In this document: positions 25,101 to 37,613 of the stretch, piece by piece | Layout of the letters: the number at the start of each line of letters is the position of its first letter | How positions within the stretch are numbered: position 1 is the stretch's first letter | Assembly: GCA_965202585.1 (NCBI GenBank) | Contig: OZ241829.1 | Location: 65,844,001-65,908,000, forward strand | Source: Thalia democratica | Lineage: Eukaryota | Reading direction: 5' to 3' | Length of the DNA stretch: 64,000 nt | Notes under the pieces: generated by a model | Databases searched by the model: none | Told to the model about the DNA's origin: nothing | Seen by the model: only the letters and a program-made list of their open reading frames with translations | Translations under genes and position numbers: made by a program

Positions 25101-25616
25101 CTACTGAGCAAGTGTAATGAACAAGTTTTTAAAATTTGGTATTATCCATTCAAGCTCATTAGATTGATTATTTTTATAAATCTTTTGATAAAACGTGTTT
25201 TGGACGTGGAATAAAACATGACACTTTAAATTTTTTTTTACCATTTCAAAATCTCATTGAGCATAAGTTTTTTCTACAATAATAAAATCTTAAATTAAAT
25301 ATTGAAAAATAAAAATTTTGAAATTTTTCACTTATTCAGTTTGGTGGAAGAAGCGATTGACAGCAACGATGTTTGGATCGGATGCCAGCGGGCCAAGGAC
25401 AAAACTTTGAACAGCGAGTTCCAACTGTTGAACGGCGAATATTTGTTCGCTTCCCGCGCAAACCCGTTTGAACAGCTGCTCTACTATTGGTCGGCTTCAG
25501 TGCCACGTGACACCGAGCTCGATCAAGCCGTTGTCATAAGGCACGAGAAAAAAGCGCTCGAAAACTTGCCCAAGTCACAAGAACTTTACGGGCTTTGTGA
25601 AATTGGACATTATTGA
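16151..25616 (+). CDS. Multi-exon gene: 15 CCP/sushi modules + 3 C-type lectin-like domains, no TM segment (complement-control/lectin-like); 5' end uncertain
   Basis: Candidate first exon to ~16331 (ATG at 16151, 16214 or 16244). Phase-1 CCP exons: 16890-17090, 17148-17441, 17821-18033, 18245-18448, 18510-18716, 18964-19164, 19263-19433, 19600-19788, 19849-20070, 20181-20375, 20785-21006, 21117-21320, 21428-21697, 21802-21999, 22568-22816 (all multiples of 3, C..P...C...C...W...C pattern). CTL exons: 22886-23006, 23136-23465, 23842-24215, 24927-25059, 25340-25616 (TGA). Phases join into one open frame of ~1490 codons from exon 2. Confidence 0.9.
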
Positions 25617-28600
25617 TTTATTCTGTTTTTATTTTTTCTATAAGTTAGTTTTTTCTATAAAATTCAAACTTGTATCAAATGATTTCTTCTAAAATTGTAT
25701 AAGATTTAAATTTTAAATTTAGATTTTATAACGATATTTATCGTTTATATTTTGTCTAGTAGTATGTTTGATATATTAAGATATGGATAATTCAACAAAT
25801 TAGAAATGTTCTGTTTTATTATATTTCAATTTTATTAAGCTTTGCATTTTGTTAAACTCCCGAAAACTAAATTTTATTTGTCAAACTTTCAAGTATTGGA
25901 TTATAACAATTTTATAATTGTGTACTTTGAAAAGTTTCACTTGAAATAAAAGTTGTTTTTTTACTTCGTTGTTTACTTATTATATTTTAGTTTTAAAGGT
26001 TTGATTTATAATACTAAAGTTGTGGAGTGTATAAAGCAAAATTATATTTTTTAAATAATCATAAGTATTTCAAGTTTCTAATATAAACTATAAGCAAATA
26101 TAAGACTTAAAATAGTTTTCTTAAGGACGCTACAGTTTAAAATAAAAAAGACAATTATTTATAATCAAATTTACCCAAGGTAAGTATTAAATTTTAATAT
26201 ATGTTTCTTAACATTTTTAAGCTACTTAAAAATTTAGCAGTAAGTAAATTTTTTGTCTTAGAAAAACAAAAAAGACCTTGTGAGTAATTTTTGTGATAGT
26301 TTGTTTTAACTATGACTTAGCATGTTTAAAAATATCACGAAGCAGCAAATATGTATAAATGTAATGAATAAAAACATAACAAATTAATTGATCTTTTAGG
26401 TCAAAAAAAAGCTATACTGTTTTCTTTAGTCTTAATAAAAAGTGTAATATGTAAAAAAGCAAAAAAAAAACTTAAGACTTTTTTAAATTGAATAAAAAAT
26501 AAAAGTTTCTCTAAATTTATTCGAAACGTTTTGAACTTTATAAATAATAGAAGAGTAGAAAAATAAGTTGACTTTTAAGATCATGAAATTATTTTTTAAT
26601 GTTTTGATATAATCGAAACAAAAAACTTATTATCTATAAAGCAAAAATAAACGTTTAAAATGTTTTTTTAACTGAATACGAACCTTAGGCTCAACTCCTT
26701 TATGTTATCTCAAAAATGTGTTTAATTTTATAAAGAATACCCATGTAATAAAAATAGATGGGCTCTTATATACAAAAAATGTAGTTTTTGTTTAATCTTA
26801 AAACAATTTATTATACCTATGAAGTTAGATTATTAAGTTTTTTATCTAAACTTTTTATAAATCATAAGCTCAATTAAGTTTTTTTGAAACGTGTTTATTT
26901 TTATAAATATTATCAATTAAAAAATAGTTGAACTTTAGGTCACAAAGTTTTTTTTGATTACTCTATCTAAAAAAATTTGGTACTGAAAAACCAAGAAGTT
27001 TGAGCAAGATCTTTTTTGTTAAAATTGAAAAAAGTTATAAGTGTAACAGATTAAATTAAAACTGAGTAAAAGTTAAAAAAAAGTTTTCAAAATGCACAAA
27101 TATCTAAAAGCTTCTCTTTCCCACTATAATAATATTAAAAGTTGTTTATACTCCACCAAGTCGAAAACTATTTAAATTTGTTATAAAATCATGTAAACTT
27201 TTCCTTTTAAAATATAGTTTTACAAAAAAAAATGTTTTTTTATTTTAAGAAAATTAATATATCTTTTAAATATTGAAAAATATAAAATACTCGATATGAC
27301 AACATGCAAGAAAAAAAAATAAATAAATTCATCAATTTTGTTGTCTTCAAAATGTTGAATTGAATTAACAAAGTCTTAATTAATGTTTAAAAAAAGAAAA
27401 TTTAAACTTATTTATGAAAATATAAGTAATCAAACTAAATAGTAACGCTAAAAAAAATAAGGAATTTTTCTTACTATGACGAAATATACCGATTGAATAA
27501 GCAATTAGCAAGGCCTTATAATCGTTCTACATAATGAAAATATGACAAACAATGTTGTCTGCTGTTTTTTTTTTTTACTTTGAAGTATTTCAAACAACTC
27601 ATATTGATATTATGAATATTCTTGCGGTACGTTGTAAAAAAGTAGAACGAAAAATATAAATTTGTAAAACTTTACATCGGAAAGCTACGAGAATTAGAAT
27701 ATGGTGTATGTCTAGCTTTTAATGATTTAGTTTCTTAAACTTAGATCGTACATCTTAGAAAATAATTTAGTTAGTGGAACGTCATATACAATGTTTTTTC
27801 TAACAAAAATGCCAGCACGGACCAAAAGTTGTTTGATTTCGAAGGAAGAGTTCCAGAATTAGTTTACTATACCGCCTCAAATCTACTTGAACATAACGTT
27901 TTAATAAAAAAAAATGTTTTAGATTTAAAACTCTTTATTTCTGGAAATCTAGCAATTCTGCTGGAAAGAATTATTTAAGCTTCCCGCCAAATTCTTGCGA
28001 TTCAAAACGAATATTTACAATCTAAATACTTTAACAAACGCCGACACGTATTAAGAAAAAAAAGAATACTGAGGATTAACTAAGAAGTTCATTGTAACTT
28101 TTATAATATTCATATACAAACTAGTTTTTAAAAAACGACATATTATTTTTTCGTAAGATAAAATAGAAAAACGACTTTTAAGATAGTTATTGAAAAAACT
28201 TTTATCAAAATACATTTATGAGTTATGTGAAAAAAAAAACATTTATTTTAAGCTTCTAAGTTTCGAAAAATAACTGTTACATGTTAATTAATGGTTTCAA
28301 CTGCTGAGCTGATTTTAGTAACAAGTTTAGTTGGGTTACAAGTTGTTGAATATGTTATAACATTTTTTTATATTACAACGATTATTTTCAGGGAAAAAAA
28401 AACTTTTCATTAGTTTTTATATTTTACACTTCAAATTTTATGCTTACTTTGCGAATTTTAAGTTGTAACCCAAGACACATTTTACCCAATCTGATTTTTT
28501 TCTATAGAAAGTATATTATACTCTTTTTAGTCATTAAAAAACAATAAATTAAAAACCAAAATAAGTGATAGTTTTATAAAACTTATAAGTTTTTTAGTTT

Positions 28601-29036
28601 ATTGAAAACGATACAGAAATTGACATTCGGTAATATAGTCAAGGGAACTGATTTATGCTTAAATCTTTAAAAATATCAAAGAATTAAACTAATTAATAAA
28701 CTCTAAAAATTTTTATACTGTAGATAAATGATTAGAAGAATATCTACATAAGTGACTTGTTGCATTTGCATAAATAATCTGAGTAACTTTTTAACTTTTT
28801 TATAACTGTGTTTCTAAAAGTTGGTATAATAGCTTTTAAGAAGTTATTTTACTGTATAAGTGCTGGTTAAATTTTTTTGTTAAACGTGTTTTAAAAAGAA
28901 TTTCTATATTTTTTTTTTGGGTAGATCTCAGCACTTATAACAAAAGAAAAAGTATTCAAACTAACAATGTCATAAATATCACTTCATTTCAATTTTAACA
29001 CAAAACTGTTAAATATTTTAAACATAATTTATTTTT

Positions 29037-29852
29037 TCACCATTCCTTTATGTTCTTTTCCGAAGAAACGAATTCACCGTTCGGGGACTCCACCCCGACC
29101 GGAAGCGTCGCCAGGTAAACCGGGGCTTCGGCGCCCTGATCGGGCGTCCTCGAGGCCTTCTCCCCGCCCAAGTCCGTCTTCACCCATCCGGGGCACACCG
29201 CGTTGATTATGACGTCACTACCCTTTAGCTTCCTGGCCCACACGAAGGTGAGCGCGGACATGCCGACCTTGGACATTCCGTACGGCTGCTCCACGAACCC
29301 GTCCTCCTTGCAAGTCCCCCTCCGGCAGCTCTCGACGAACTCCTCCATCTTCCCCGTCAGCTCCTCCTCCGTCAGCGTCTCCCTCCTGAAGAACTTTTGG
29401 TTCTCCTCGCTCAACTGCTTGAGGTACATGATGCTCAAAGTGCTGGACACGTTGACGATCCTGCCACCCTTCCTCACAATAGGAAACAGGATCCTGCTGA
29501 TGTCGACGGTTCCAGTGTAGTTCGTCCTCACGCAGTCCTCCGCCTTTTTCACGAGCGGCGTCGCGTCGGTCGAGTTGTACGCGATGCCCGCGTTGTTCAC
29601 GATGACGTCGATTCCCCCGTATTGTGACGTCATGAAGCTTTTAAGCCGCTCGATGCTCTTGACGTCGCAAACGTCCAATTCGTGGAACTGGGGGTAGAGT
29701 CCCTCTCTCTCAAGGGTCTTCACCGCCTCCCTGCCGCGCTGCTCGTTCCTGGACAGAATGAAGACGTCCCCGTCGAACTTCTGGCACAGCCCCCTGACGA
29801 TGGCGAGCCCGATGCCCTTGTTGGAACCCGTTACTATGGCAACATTTGTCAT
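29037..29852 (-). CDS. Intronless short-chain dehydrogenase/reductase, carbonyl reductase [NADPH] 1/3-like, 271 aa
   Basis: MTNVAIVTGSNKGIG (Rossmann TGxxxGxG), NNAG, IVNVSS, catalytic YGMSK, CPGWVKTDLGG, QGAEAPVYLA. GC-rich from near ATG 29852; the upstream 52 codons of the track ORF are AT-rich and likely non-coding. AATAAA lies just after the stop. Confidence 0.93.
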   Translation of the reverse strand: MTNVAIVTGSNKGIGLAIVRGLCQKFDGDVFILSRNEQRGREAVKTLEREGLYPQFHELDVCDVKSIERLKSFMTSQYGGIDVIVNNAGIAYNSTDATPLVKKAEDCVRTNYTGTVDISRILFPIVRKGGRIVNVSSTLSIMYLKQLSEENQKFFRRETLTEEELTGKMEEFVESCRRGTCKEDGFVEQPYGMSKVGMSALTFVWARKLKGSDVIINAVCPGWVKTDLGGEKASRTPDQGAEAPVYLATLPVGVESPNGEFVSSEKNIKEW

Positions 29853-31251
29853 AATTTTCTCGTGTTTAAAATTTATCTGTCTTAATTTAAATTTTTTGAT
29901 ATTACATTTATTAATAATAATATTTTCATTTTTTTTCATAGTATGTAATACTAAATACTTTAAAAAAGAAAAGCAAAGTACATGTTGGAAAAATATATTA
30001 TTTAACATGTTTTACTAACTAGTATGCTAATTAAATGTTTTATACTATTGTTTCAAAAAGGAACAAAATTTTCAAAAGTACTGTGAATAGTCAGTTTGAC
30101 TGTTAAAATATTACATCATATAACTTTTTTATGTAAAGTTACTAATTTTCGCGCAAATGAAAGTTACTATGAATAAAAATTTGTGCATAAAGCATTGAGT
30201 CCAATAAACCTGTAAAGAAGTGTTTATACTTAACACATACTATTTATTTAAATATGTAAAATTTTGAAATTTATGCTACAACAAAAAAGAGTTGTTTCAT
30301 TTTTGTATTAAATATAAATATTAAAACAGTTGTAAATAATTTTGAGATTTGTTCAGCATAGTTAGTTTGTTTTCAGGCAAAATTTTAATCTAACTGAATT
30401 TGTAAGTAATATATGTATTTAATAAAACTTTTTACGAACCGTCTCAATTTTACACACAAAACACTTTGAAAGGTCTTCTGTTTATTTATATAAACATTGT
30501 AAATCGTGTTTGAAAAATAAACTACGAACTGATGGTAAAACTAACTAAGTTAATTAAGTTTGAACTTTAACCAAAAAAAGCTTAGTTTACTTAACTTAAA
30601 AACTTGTAAGTCACTTTCATGTGTATTTGTTTACAACTATTGTCAATATATAAAAATGAAAAGGCAGCACTTGTTGGTTATAAGTAAAGAACTTAAAACC
30701 AGTGAATGTTGGTGGATCATAAACTAAATGTTCTGTTTAGTCTTGCTGTCTGAAGCCAGATTGTCAGTCAGACTTTTCTATACGCTTTACATTAAGAAGG
30801 GCAAACACTCTAGGGTTTTTCAAATATATAGTTTTATCATTTATGTTAACTTTGCGTAACAAAACACAAACTATTTTTTTACTAAAGTAAGTATTATTAA
30901 AAGCTTGTAAACTAGACACTATTTAAATTTGAAAAGTAGATACAAATAAATAAAAATCAGAGTCAATACGCTCAACGATTTAATTATAAAAAATTGATTT
31001 ACTTTTTTGTAACTAAAAAAATATTCACTTAACTAGTCTAAACGGCAAGTGCAAAATAAATAAGTTGTGAAGCTGCCTAGCTAACCAACTTTCGGTTATA
31101 AACGAAATAAAAACAAGCAAGTCGAGTAAATTAATGTTACATCTTTTACTGATTCTAAAGAACTTTCTGTTGTAATTAAAAGGTTTTTTTTTAATAAAAA
31201 ATTTCTTCACAATTTTCCAACACAAACTACCATGCAAATGTTAAAACTACG

Positions 31252-31318
31252 CTACCGACTGGATTCGATCTAGGTCCACTCGAGTGGGAATTTTGTTTTA
31301 ACCACTCGACCATCTAGG
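31252..31318 (-). mobile_element. tRNA-like SINE head / tRNA pseudogene fragment
   Basis: Minus strand reads ...TGGTCGAGTGGTTAA (A-box-like)...AGATCGAATCC (B-box-like) at Pol III spacing; no full cloverleaf. Confidence 0.5.
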
Positions 31319-33861
31319 TTCGTTTAAATTAATCTTGTAACGTTTATATCCTTAATTTTTATCATCATGTTATGAATATTTGTTGCTTTACTATCACATA
31401 AAACCCATTAGAAAATGAACAATTTTCTCTGATACAAGGAGATTTTTTCAAATAAGAACTCTTATTTTGTGAAATAAAGCGACATTAAAAAAAGTATTTA
31501 AGCACAGACTAAACTCCTCTAAGTTAAGCCAGTTAATGTTATTCTTTTGAAAACTTAATATACGTGTTTACAATAAGAAGTTTTGTATACAATTATTTTT
31601 TTTGTTTACAATCATATTCTAAACTGAGAAAACAAAATACTTAACTTTTATAGTATAAAATAAAAGCCGAAAAAGTGGTTGATGGCTACAGCGAACAAAC
31701 AACTTTGTGGTTGTTGCAATATAAACATAACAATTGAAATACATACTGAAATATGGAATTACAAGTAAAAACTAAACAGATTACTTATTGGTATAACAAT
31801 TATAATAATATATAGTGTAATTGTTGCTCGACACTTCTTTTACAAATAGTCAAAGAACATCTTTCTTCAAGTGTTAATTAATAGAACTCTGTCTTAAAAC
31901 TACATTAGCAAATTCACTAACAGTATAAATAGCATATAAGAATGTAAACTTTCTTTAATTTCAAAATTGTTTGTTATGATTCTATTAACAATAATATGAA
32001 TGTGTTGAAAACTAAGTTTAGTAGGTTTATCTTAGTTATGGTAATGAAAACTTTATTTTAAGGTAATTATAAAGTTGATTTCTTTAAAAAAATAAACTTA
32101 TACTTTTCAAAACTTCATAGTGAAAAAAAAAATTTTTTTACAGATGAACTAAAGCTTTGTCAAAGGTTAATAGACTAAAACAGAAACGATTTACTACTTG
32201 CGATTTTTTAAAAGCTGAAAATTAGCTTAAGTTATGTAGTAAAAACAGTTTGATATAAGTAATTTTACTTTGATAAAGTTGTTTTTTACCTTGAGACAAA
32301 TACTTCTAAACAAATAGATAACTTTAAGTGTAAAACCAGTAATTAATCAAAAATAAAACAAAAGCTTTATTCATTTTATTGAGTTTTTTTTTGAAAACTT
32401 GTAATCTAAAATTTAATAAAAATATCAACTTTCTTTGCTTTAAGTTCTTGAACTTTTTGTTTTAAACAATTAATCAGCTTGAATTCATACTATATTATTT
32501 ACAAAATAAAGTAATTTATTTTAGGCAAGTGATACAGAGTCAATTTTTTAATAACACAGCTTTTTTCGTTTTGTTTTATTTCATGTTTGAGCAATGTTTT
32601 TGTAATATTGATTTTCGTAAGGACTTATTTTGCAATAAACTTAAAACTTTTATAATGTTTGGAAATCTCCTATGAAAATATTTTTCCGTGGTGAATTTAA
32701 AAATTAAAACTAGTCTAATGTTTTTTTTCTTAAAAATAAATTGCTTTTTAAGCTTATCAGTGGAAGAATTTTTTTAAGAAAGTTGTTAAAGTGAAAATGT
32801 TGTTAAAAAATACTTTCAAAAAATTCTCTACAATAGTAAGTAACTTAAAAAAAACTTATAATGAAAATGCAGTTTGTAAGCTATTAAATAAACTAAGCAA
32901 GGAAAAATATGTCTCAAACAATATTATAAAAATAACTATATTTTTTGATCTTAAGTAATGTTGTACTTTACTAAACTTATTTAACTAGTAACTATTACTT
33001 TTTGTTTTAGAACCTTATAGTAAAAGAGATATTGTTTTAAATAAATTACAAATGAATTAACATTAATTTTAATCAAATATTTTAAACTCTACTTACAAGG
33101 AAAATGATTTTAAAGAACTTTTTGAAAGTTTTTTTTGTTTTTTGACTTTAAAAATGATTGTAAAATATTTTTGCTGTGTATTAGTAAAAACCGTTAGCTT
33201 AAACAACTTTGTTTAACTATTTAATTACAAATCTAGAATATCAATTAAAAACTAAATGCCACAAGGCTAATTTTTTCGTAAAAAATATCTAAAAATTTTA
33301 AATGCTCGTTTTGACCTAAAACTATGAAAAAATCGTTTAAAAGGGTTTGCTTTTTTTTAAATTTTATTTCTTTATCTTTTTTAATATTAAATTTAGAGTA
33401 GAATATTAAGTTATCGTCATTATTATATTTATCGTTATTTTAAGAAAAAAATATTTTACCTTATAGTAAATAAGATTCATACCAAAGATAGTTATACAGT
33501 GTTAATTAACTTCTAAATTTATAGTTGTTTGAATTAAGATACGATAACTCAGTTTTAAGAAATATTCTGTTAACTTATTAAATACTTTAAGATTACGAGA
33601 ATCTAATAAAGAAACAAAGACTTTATAGTGTAAGCTTTACGCGGTTAAACTTTGCAGATTCTATTTCATTTTAACATTTTTATAAAAAATGAATTAAGTC
33701 TCTACTAAACAGTTTTTTGGACCTGGTTTGAAATTGTAAAGTTTTAAAATTCTGAAGTTAACTAAAGCTTGACAAAGATAAACACAAGTTTGTAAACATT
33801 TGGAGGGAAAATTTATAAGAACTGAAGAAACAGGTTTGTAATTTAATATTATTTATATTTA

Positions 33862-34240
33862 CAGGGTTGCAACTTTACCTGGAAACCTGGAATTTGACAA
33901 TTTAGGCAACAAAACCTAAAATTTGAGAATTTTTGAAAAAAAATCACTAAAAAACCTGGAATTTTAAACAATTTTTACATGTTAAGTAGAAAAATCTAGA
34001 TTTGACAGAAAAATTCTACCCTAAAAATAAAAGTTTTTTGTCATTATCAAATTTTTTTTATTCAAAAGAACATTTAAATTAGCTTTACCATATCTTTTCA
34101 ATATTTTTTACTATTTAAAACATTTTTTACCTCAAACTTAATTTTAAACTAAAAATAGACTCTAAAAAGTGTACTTTTAAAAAACTGAAGGAAGTTTTGA
34201 AAACCTTGAAAAAATTTTGAAAAAAAAAGTGGCAACCCTG
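33862..34240. mobile_element. hAT-type MITE (379 bp), TIR CAGGGTTGC
   Basis: Starts CAGGGTTGCAAC and ends GTGGCAACCCTG. Internal sequence is homologous to the decayed element in the array units. No TSD seen. Confidence 0.8.
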
Positions 34241-34528
34241 AGTTAAAAAAAAATGGTCATGCTTAACTTTAGGTGAGGACACTTTGGTTCAATATACAGG
34301 AAATTCTCAGCATTATTTTCAATGATATTCAATTTTATTTTAAAATTTATTCATATTAATTATTTATATTACTGAATGTAATTTTAGCTGGCACTTTAGG
34401 TGGCTTTTCAACAATGCAACTTTCTAATTACAAAGTTTTTGTATGTTTTTTTGTATTCTAATGACAAAAATTTTATTAAAGTTAGCTTGAATTAAAACAT
34501 CAAAATCAACTTTTTCTGTGAAATAATT

Positions 34529-34977
34529 GGTAGTTACCTGGCATGATGTTGCATTAATATCGAACTGAATCTATATATTGAAAATAACCATAGTTTTAGG
34601 CTAAATATGACATTTAAAAAAAATAAAAATAAAATCAAACTTTTTATTTATCATAAAGTAATAAAACTTGATTATGCAATGATGCTATGAGCATGATATT
34701 GCTATGATTTAACATTATAAATCGATCATATAAATACAATGTTTATTTTTTATATCACTACAAATCTAAAAAAAAAAAGACTAAATGTTTAGTTTTATTA
34801 GTTTATTAAAAACAAATTTAATTCAACTTATGTATTTATAAAGCTTGGTTAAAATAAAGTATTTTTTCAGAATATATTAAGCTTTAAACATAGTTTTCAG
34901 CCAAAAATTATGGTTAAAATGAACATTGAAATTAATTTATTTTCAGTTTGATATTGGTGCGACAGTAAATAGTTACT
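34529..34977. mobile_element. MITE with ~40-bp TIR (GGTAA(T/C)TACCT.GGATGATG family), degenerate copy
   Basis: GGTAGTTACCTGGCATGATGTTGC...TCGAACTGAA at left; TTCAGTTTGATATTGGTGCGACA...AGTTAC at right. Confidence 0.6.
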
Positions 34978-35684
34978 AAATATTTTTACCTATTTTAAAT
35001 TCCTAATGTTATGATCTTTTAAAGTATACAAGATTATTTAAAAGTATTTTTACAAGTTTCACCTTTTAGTACATAAATTTTCAAGTTTTTATAATCTCAG
35101 GCTGAATCATAAAGATATTGAGTAAAATTTTTCAGGCTAGTTAAAACATTTTTGATAGTGTTTGCTTACATAATTATAGTAGAATTACATTATCTTTTTA
35201 TTAATATAGCATTGTTTGAAAAAACATCTTTTATTTTAGATTTAAAGTTATATAAATAAAGACATGAAAATTTTTAAAATCCTGGCAGAATATTTAAAAA
35301 CTTAAAACATAGTTCTAAAAAGCCAGTGGCCATCCTGTTAAGACATAAATTTCAGACATTTAAGGGTTTAAACATTTTGTCATTAGGTTATTTTTAGTAG
35401 CTTTTTTCATTATACAGTTTTTATGATAAGTTTCTAATTTTAAACAATATATTAATACTATCAATTGCTTAATATTTAAACTACTGCAGATCCACTGCTC
35501 TAATACCATTTATGACTAATAATTTAAACAAATTTATTACTATATAATTTTAGACTTAAAATAAAGGTTGATGACAGTATTAATATTTAAATAAGTTAAA
35601 AAAAAAGGGTATAAAAGAATAATGTAATTACATAGAGTTGCACTGTTGTTTTGTATTTTGTTTTCATCTGTCTTTACTAGTTTT

Positions 35685-36335
35685 GGTAATTACCTGGGAT
35701 GATGTCCACCAATATCAAGCTGAAATTGTATTGTATTCGATGTCTTTTAAAAACAATTTTAAAATAAGAATTTATATTTTATACATACAAAAAATCATTT
35801 AAACTTATTTATCATAAACTAATAAAACTGAAAGATTTGAACACTTTTATTTAAAATGTAAAGCGATTATATAAATGAATTAGTTTATATCGATTACAAT
35901 AATACTGTGATATAAAATCTATTAAATATTATAGTATGTAATAAATTTAATTATTTCTAATAAATAATGTAACTAGTTCAAAACAAAGTATCTTTTTAGA
36001 TTAAACATAATAGGTTTGAAACATTGATATTTAGCTTAAAAGTATGGTAAAATAGATATCGAATATAGTATAATTTCAGCTTGATATTAGTGCGACATCA
36101 CCCTAGGTCAGGGGTTGGCAGATCAAAAAAGGAACGTTTTTTATGTGGTTTCAAAAAACACATTTAAAGATAATTTTTTGATCATTAAAAATTTAGGCGA
36201 TAGATAATCCTTTAAAGATAACACTGTAATTTATTTTTTGTTTTTTGAGAATGTTAATATATCAAACAAGTTGAAAAAAAAGCTTAATGCGGATCGCGGA
36301 CCGCAGTTTGCCAACCCCTGCCCTAGATAGTTACT
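35685..36335. mobile_element. Same MITE family, interrupted by a nested insertion in its right TIR
   Basis: Left GGTAATTACCTGGGATGATGTCCACCAATATCAAGCTGAAA; right TTTCAGCTTGATATTAGTGCGACATCACCCTAG[insert]ATAGTTAC. Confidence 0.75.
36109..36320. mobile_element. Nested 212-bp hAT-type MITE with 8-bp TSD
   Basis: 12-bp perfect TIR CAGGGGTTGGCA/TGCCAACCCCTG; TSD CCCTAGGT/CCCTAGAT. An empty site (TCCTAGGT) is present in the sister copy at ~37250. Confidence 0.88.
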
Positions 36336-36830
36336 CATATTTATAGTAGAATTTCATTATCTTTTTATTAATATAGCACTGTTTAAAAAATAATTTAGTT
36401 TTAGATTTAAAGTTATCTAAAAATGACAAGAGAAGTTTTAAAATCCTGGCAGAAAATCTAAAAGCTTAATAGATAGTTCTGTAAAGCTAGTTGCAATCCT
36501 GTTTAGACATAAACTTGGATTTTATTTGTCATTAGGTTATTTTAGGTAGCTCTTTTCATTATATAGTTTATATGATAAGTTTCTAATTTTAAATAATATA
36601 TTAATATTATCAGTTGCTTAATATTTAAACTACTGCAGATTCACTACTCTAATACCATTTATGACTAATAATTTAAACAAATTTATTACTATATAATTTT
36701 AGACTTGAAATAAAGGTTGATGACAGTATTAATGTTTAAATAAGCTAAAAAAAGGAATAAAAGGATAATGTAATTACATAGAGTCGCACTGTTGTTTTGT
36801 ATTTTGTTTTTATCTGTCTTTACTAGTTTT

Positions 36831-37265
36831 GGTAATTACCTAGGATGATGTCCACCAATATCAAGCTAAATTTATATTACATTCGATGTCTTTTTTAACT
36901 ATAATTTTTACATAAAAGTTTCTACTTTACATACACAAAAATATAATCTAATTTATTTATCATCAAATAATAAAACTAAAAAATTTGATCTTTTTTATTT
37001 ACAATATCAAGCGATTATATAAATGAAATAATTTGTATCAATTAAGATGTTGTGAGATGAAATCGATTAAATATTTAAGTATGTACTAATTTATTTTTAT
37101 TCATACTATTAATTTTCGTAGCCAGTTTGAAACAAAGTATCTTTTTAGATTAAACATAATAGGTTTAAAACATTGGTTTTTAGCTTAAAAATGTAGTTAA
37201 AAAAACGTTGAATATAGTATATATTTCAGCTTAATACTGGTGCAACATCATCCTAGGTAGTTACC
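36831..37265. mobile_element. MITE with ~40-bp TIR, uninterrupted copy (435 bp)
   Basis: GGTAATTACCTAGGATGATGTCCACCAATATCAAGCT versus reverse complement of right end GGTAACTACCTAGGATGATGTTGCACCAGTATTAAGCT. Confidence 0.78.
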
Positions 37266-37613
37266 CTTATTTCATTTTACTAATTTTAAAAATTTAAAGG
37301 AATATTTAAGATTTGTTAGAATAAATTAAAAAAATTTAATTAGTTGCTTTAAAAAAACTCAAAATGAAAGTATAAATCTGTGCCAACAAGGTATTTGAAA
37401 TTTAGTTACATAGACTATATTTGTGTTTTAAATGATTTTATTAGTTTAGAAAACATAATAACACGTACAGAAGTTTTAAAAGTCATTTGCTGATTAAATA
37501 TAAAACCAATAAAAATTCATTTTGAACGAATTTGTAATCTTGCCATTGTGTACTAATGGTTTAATAAATTGTTAGTACAGTCTGGCTCAAGTAAAACACC
37601 TTAATACTAACAG

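Larger units (their letters stand above)
1..27572. repeat. Large segmental/tandem duplication, copy 1 (extends beyond window start)
   Basis: Position 1 matches 40211 directly. The offset is ~40.21 kb to ~2.8 kb, then ~36.54 kb (6481 vs 43021), ~36.53 kb (11029 vs 47561) and 36.43 kb (27543 vs 63971). ORF translations are duplicated throughout. Confidence 0.97.
35170..37265. repeat. Two-unit ~0.93-0.95 kb tandem duplication carrying the MITE
   Basis: ATAGTAGAATT(A/T)CATTATCTTTTTATTAATATAGCA at ~35176 recurs at ~36344, and downstream blocks are colinear. Boundaries approximate. Confidence 0.85.

Noticed and set aside
29037-29852. Horizontal transfer of the SDR gene from bacteria
   Set aside because: Several host exons (e.g. 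16890-17090) are also ~60% GC, and the motifs are of the animal CBR1 type.
29853-30008. 52-aa N-terminal extension of the SDR ORF
   Set aside because: AT-rich, low-complexity sequence upstream of the natural MTNVAIVTG start.
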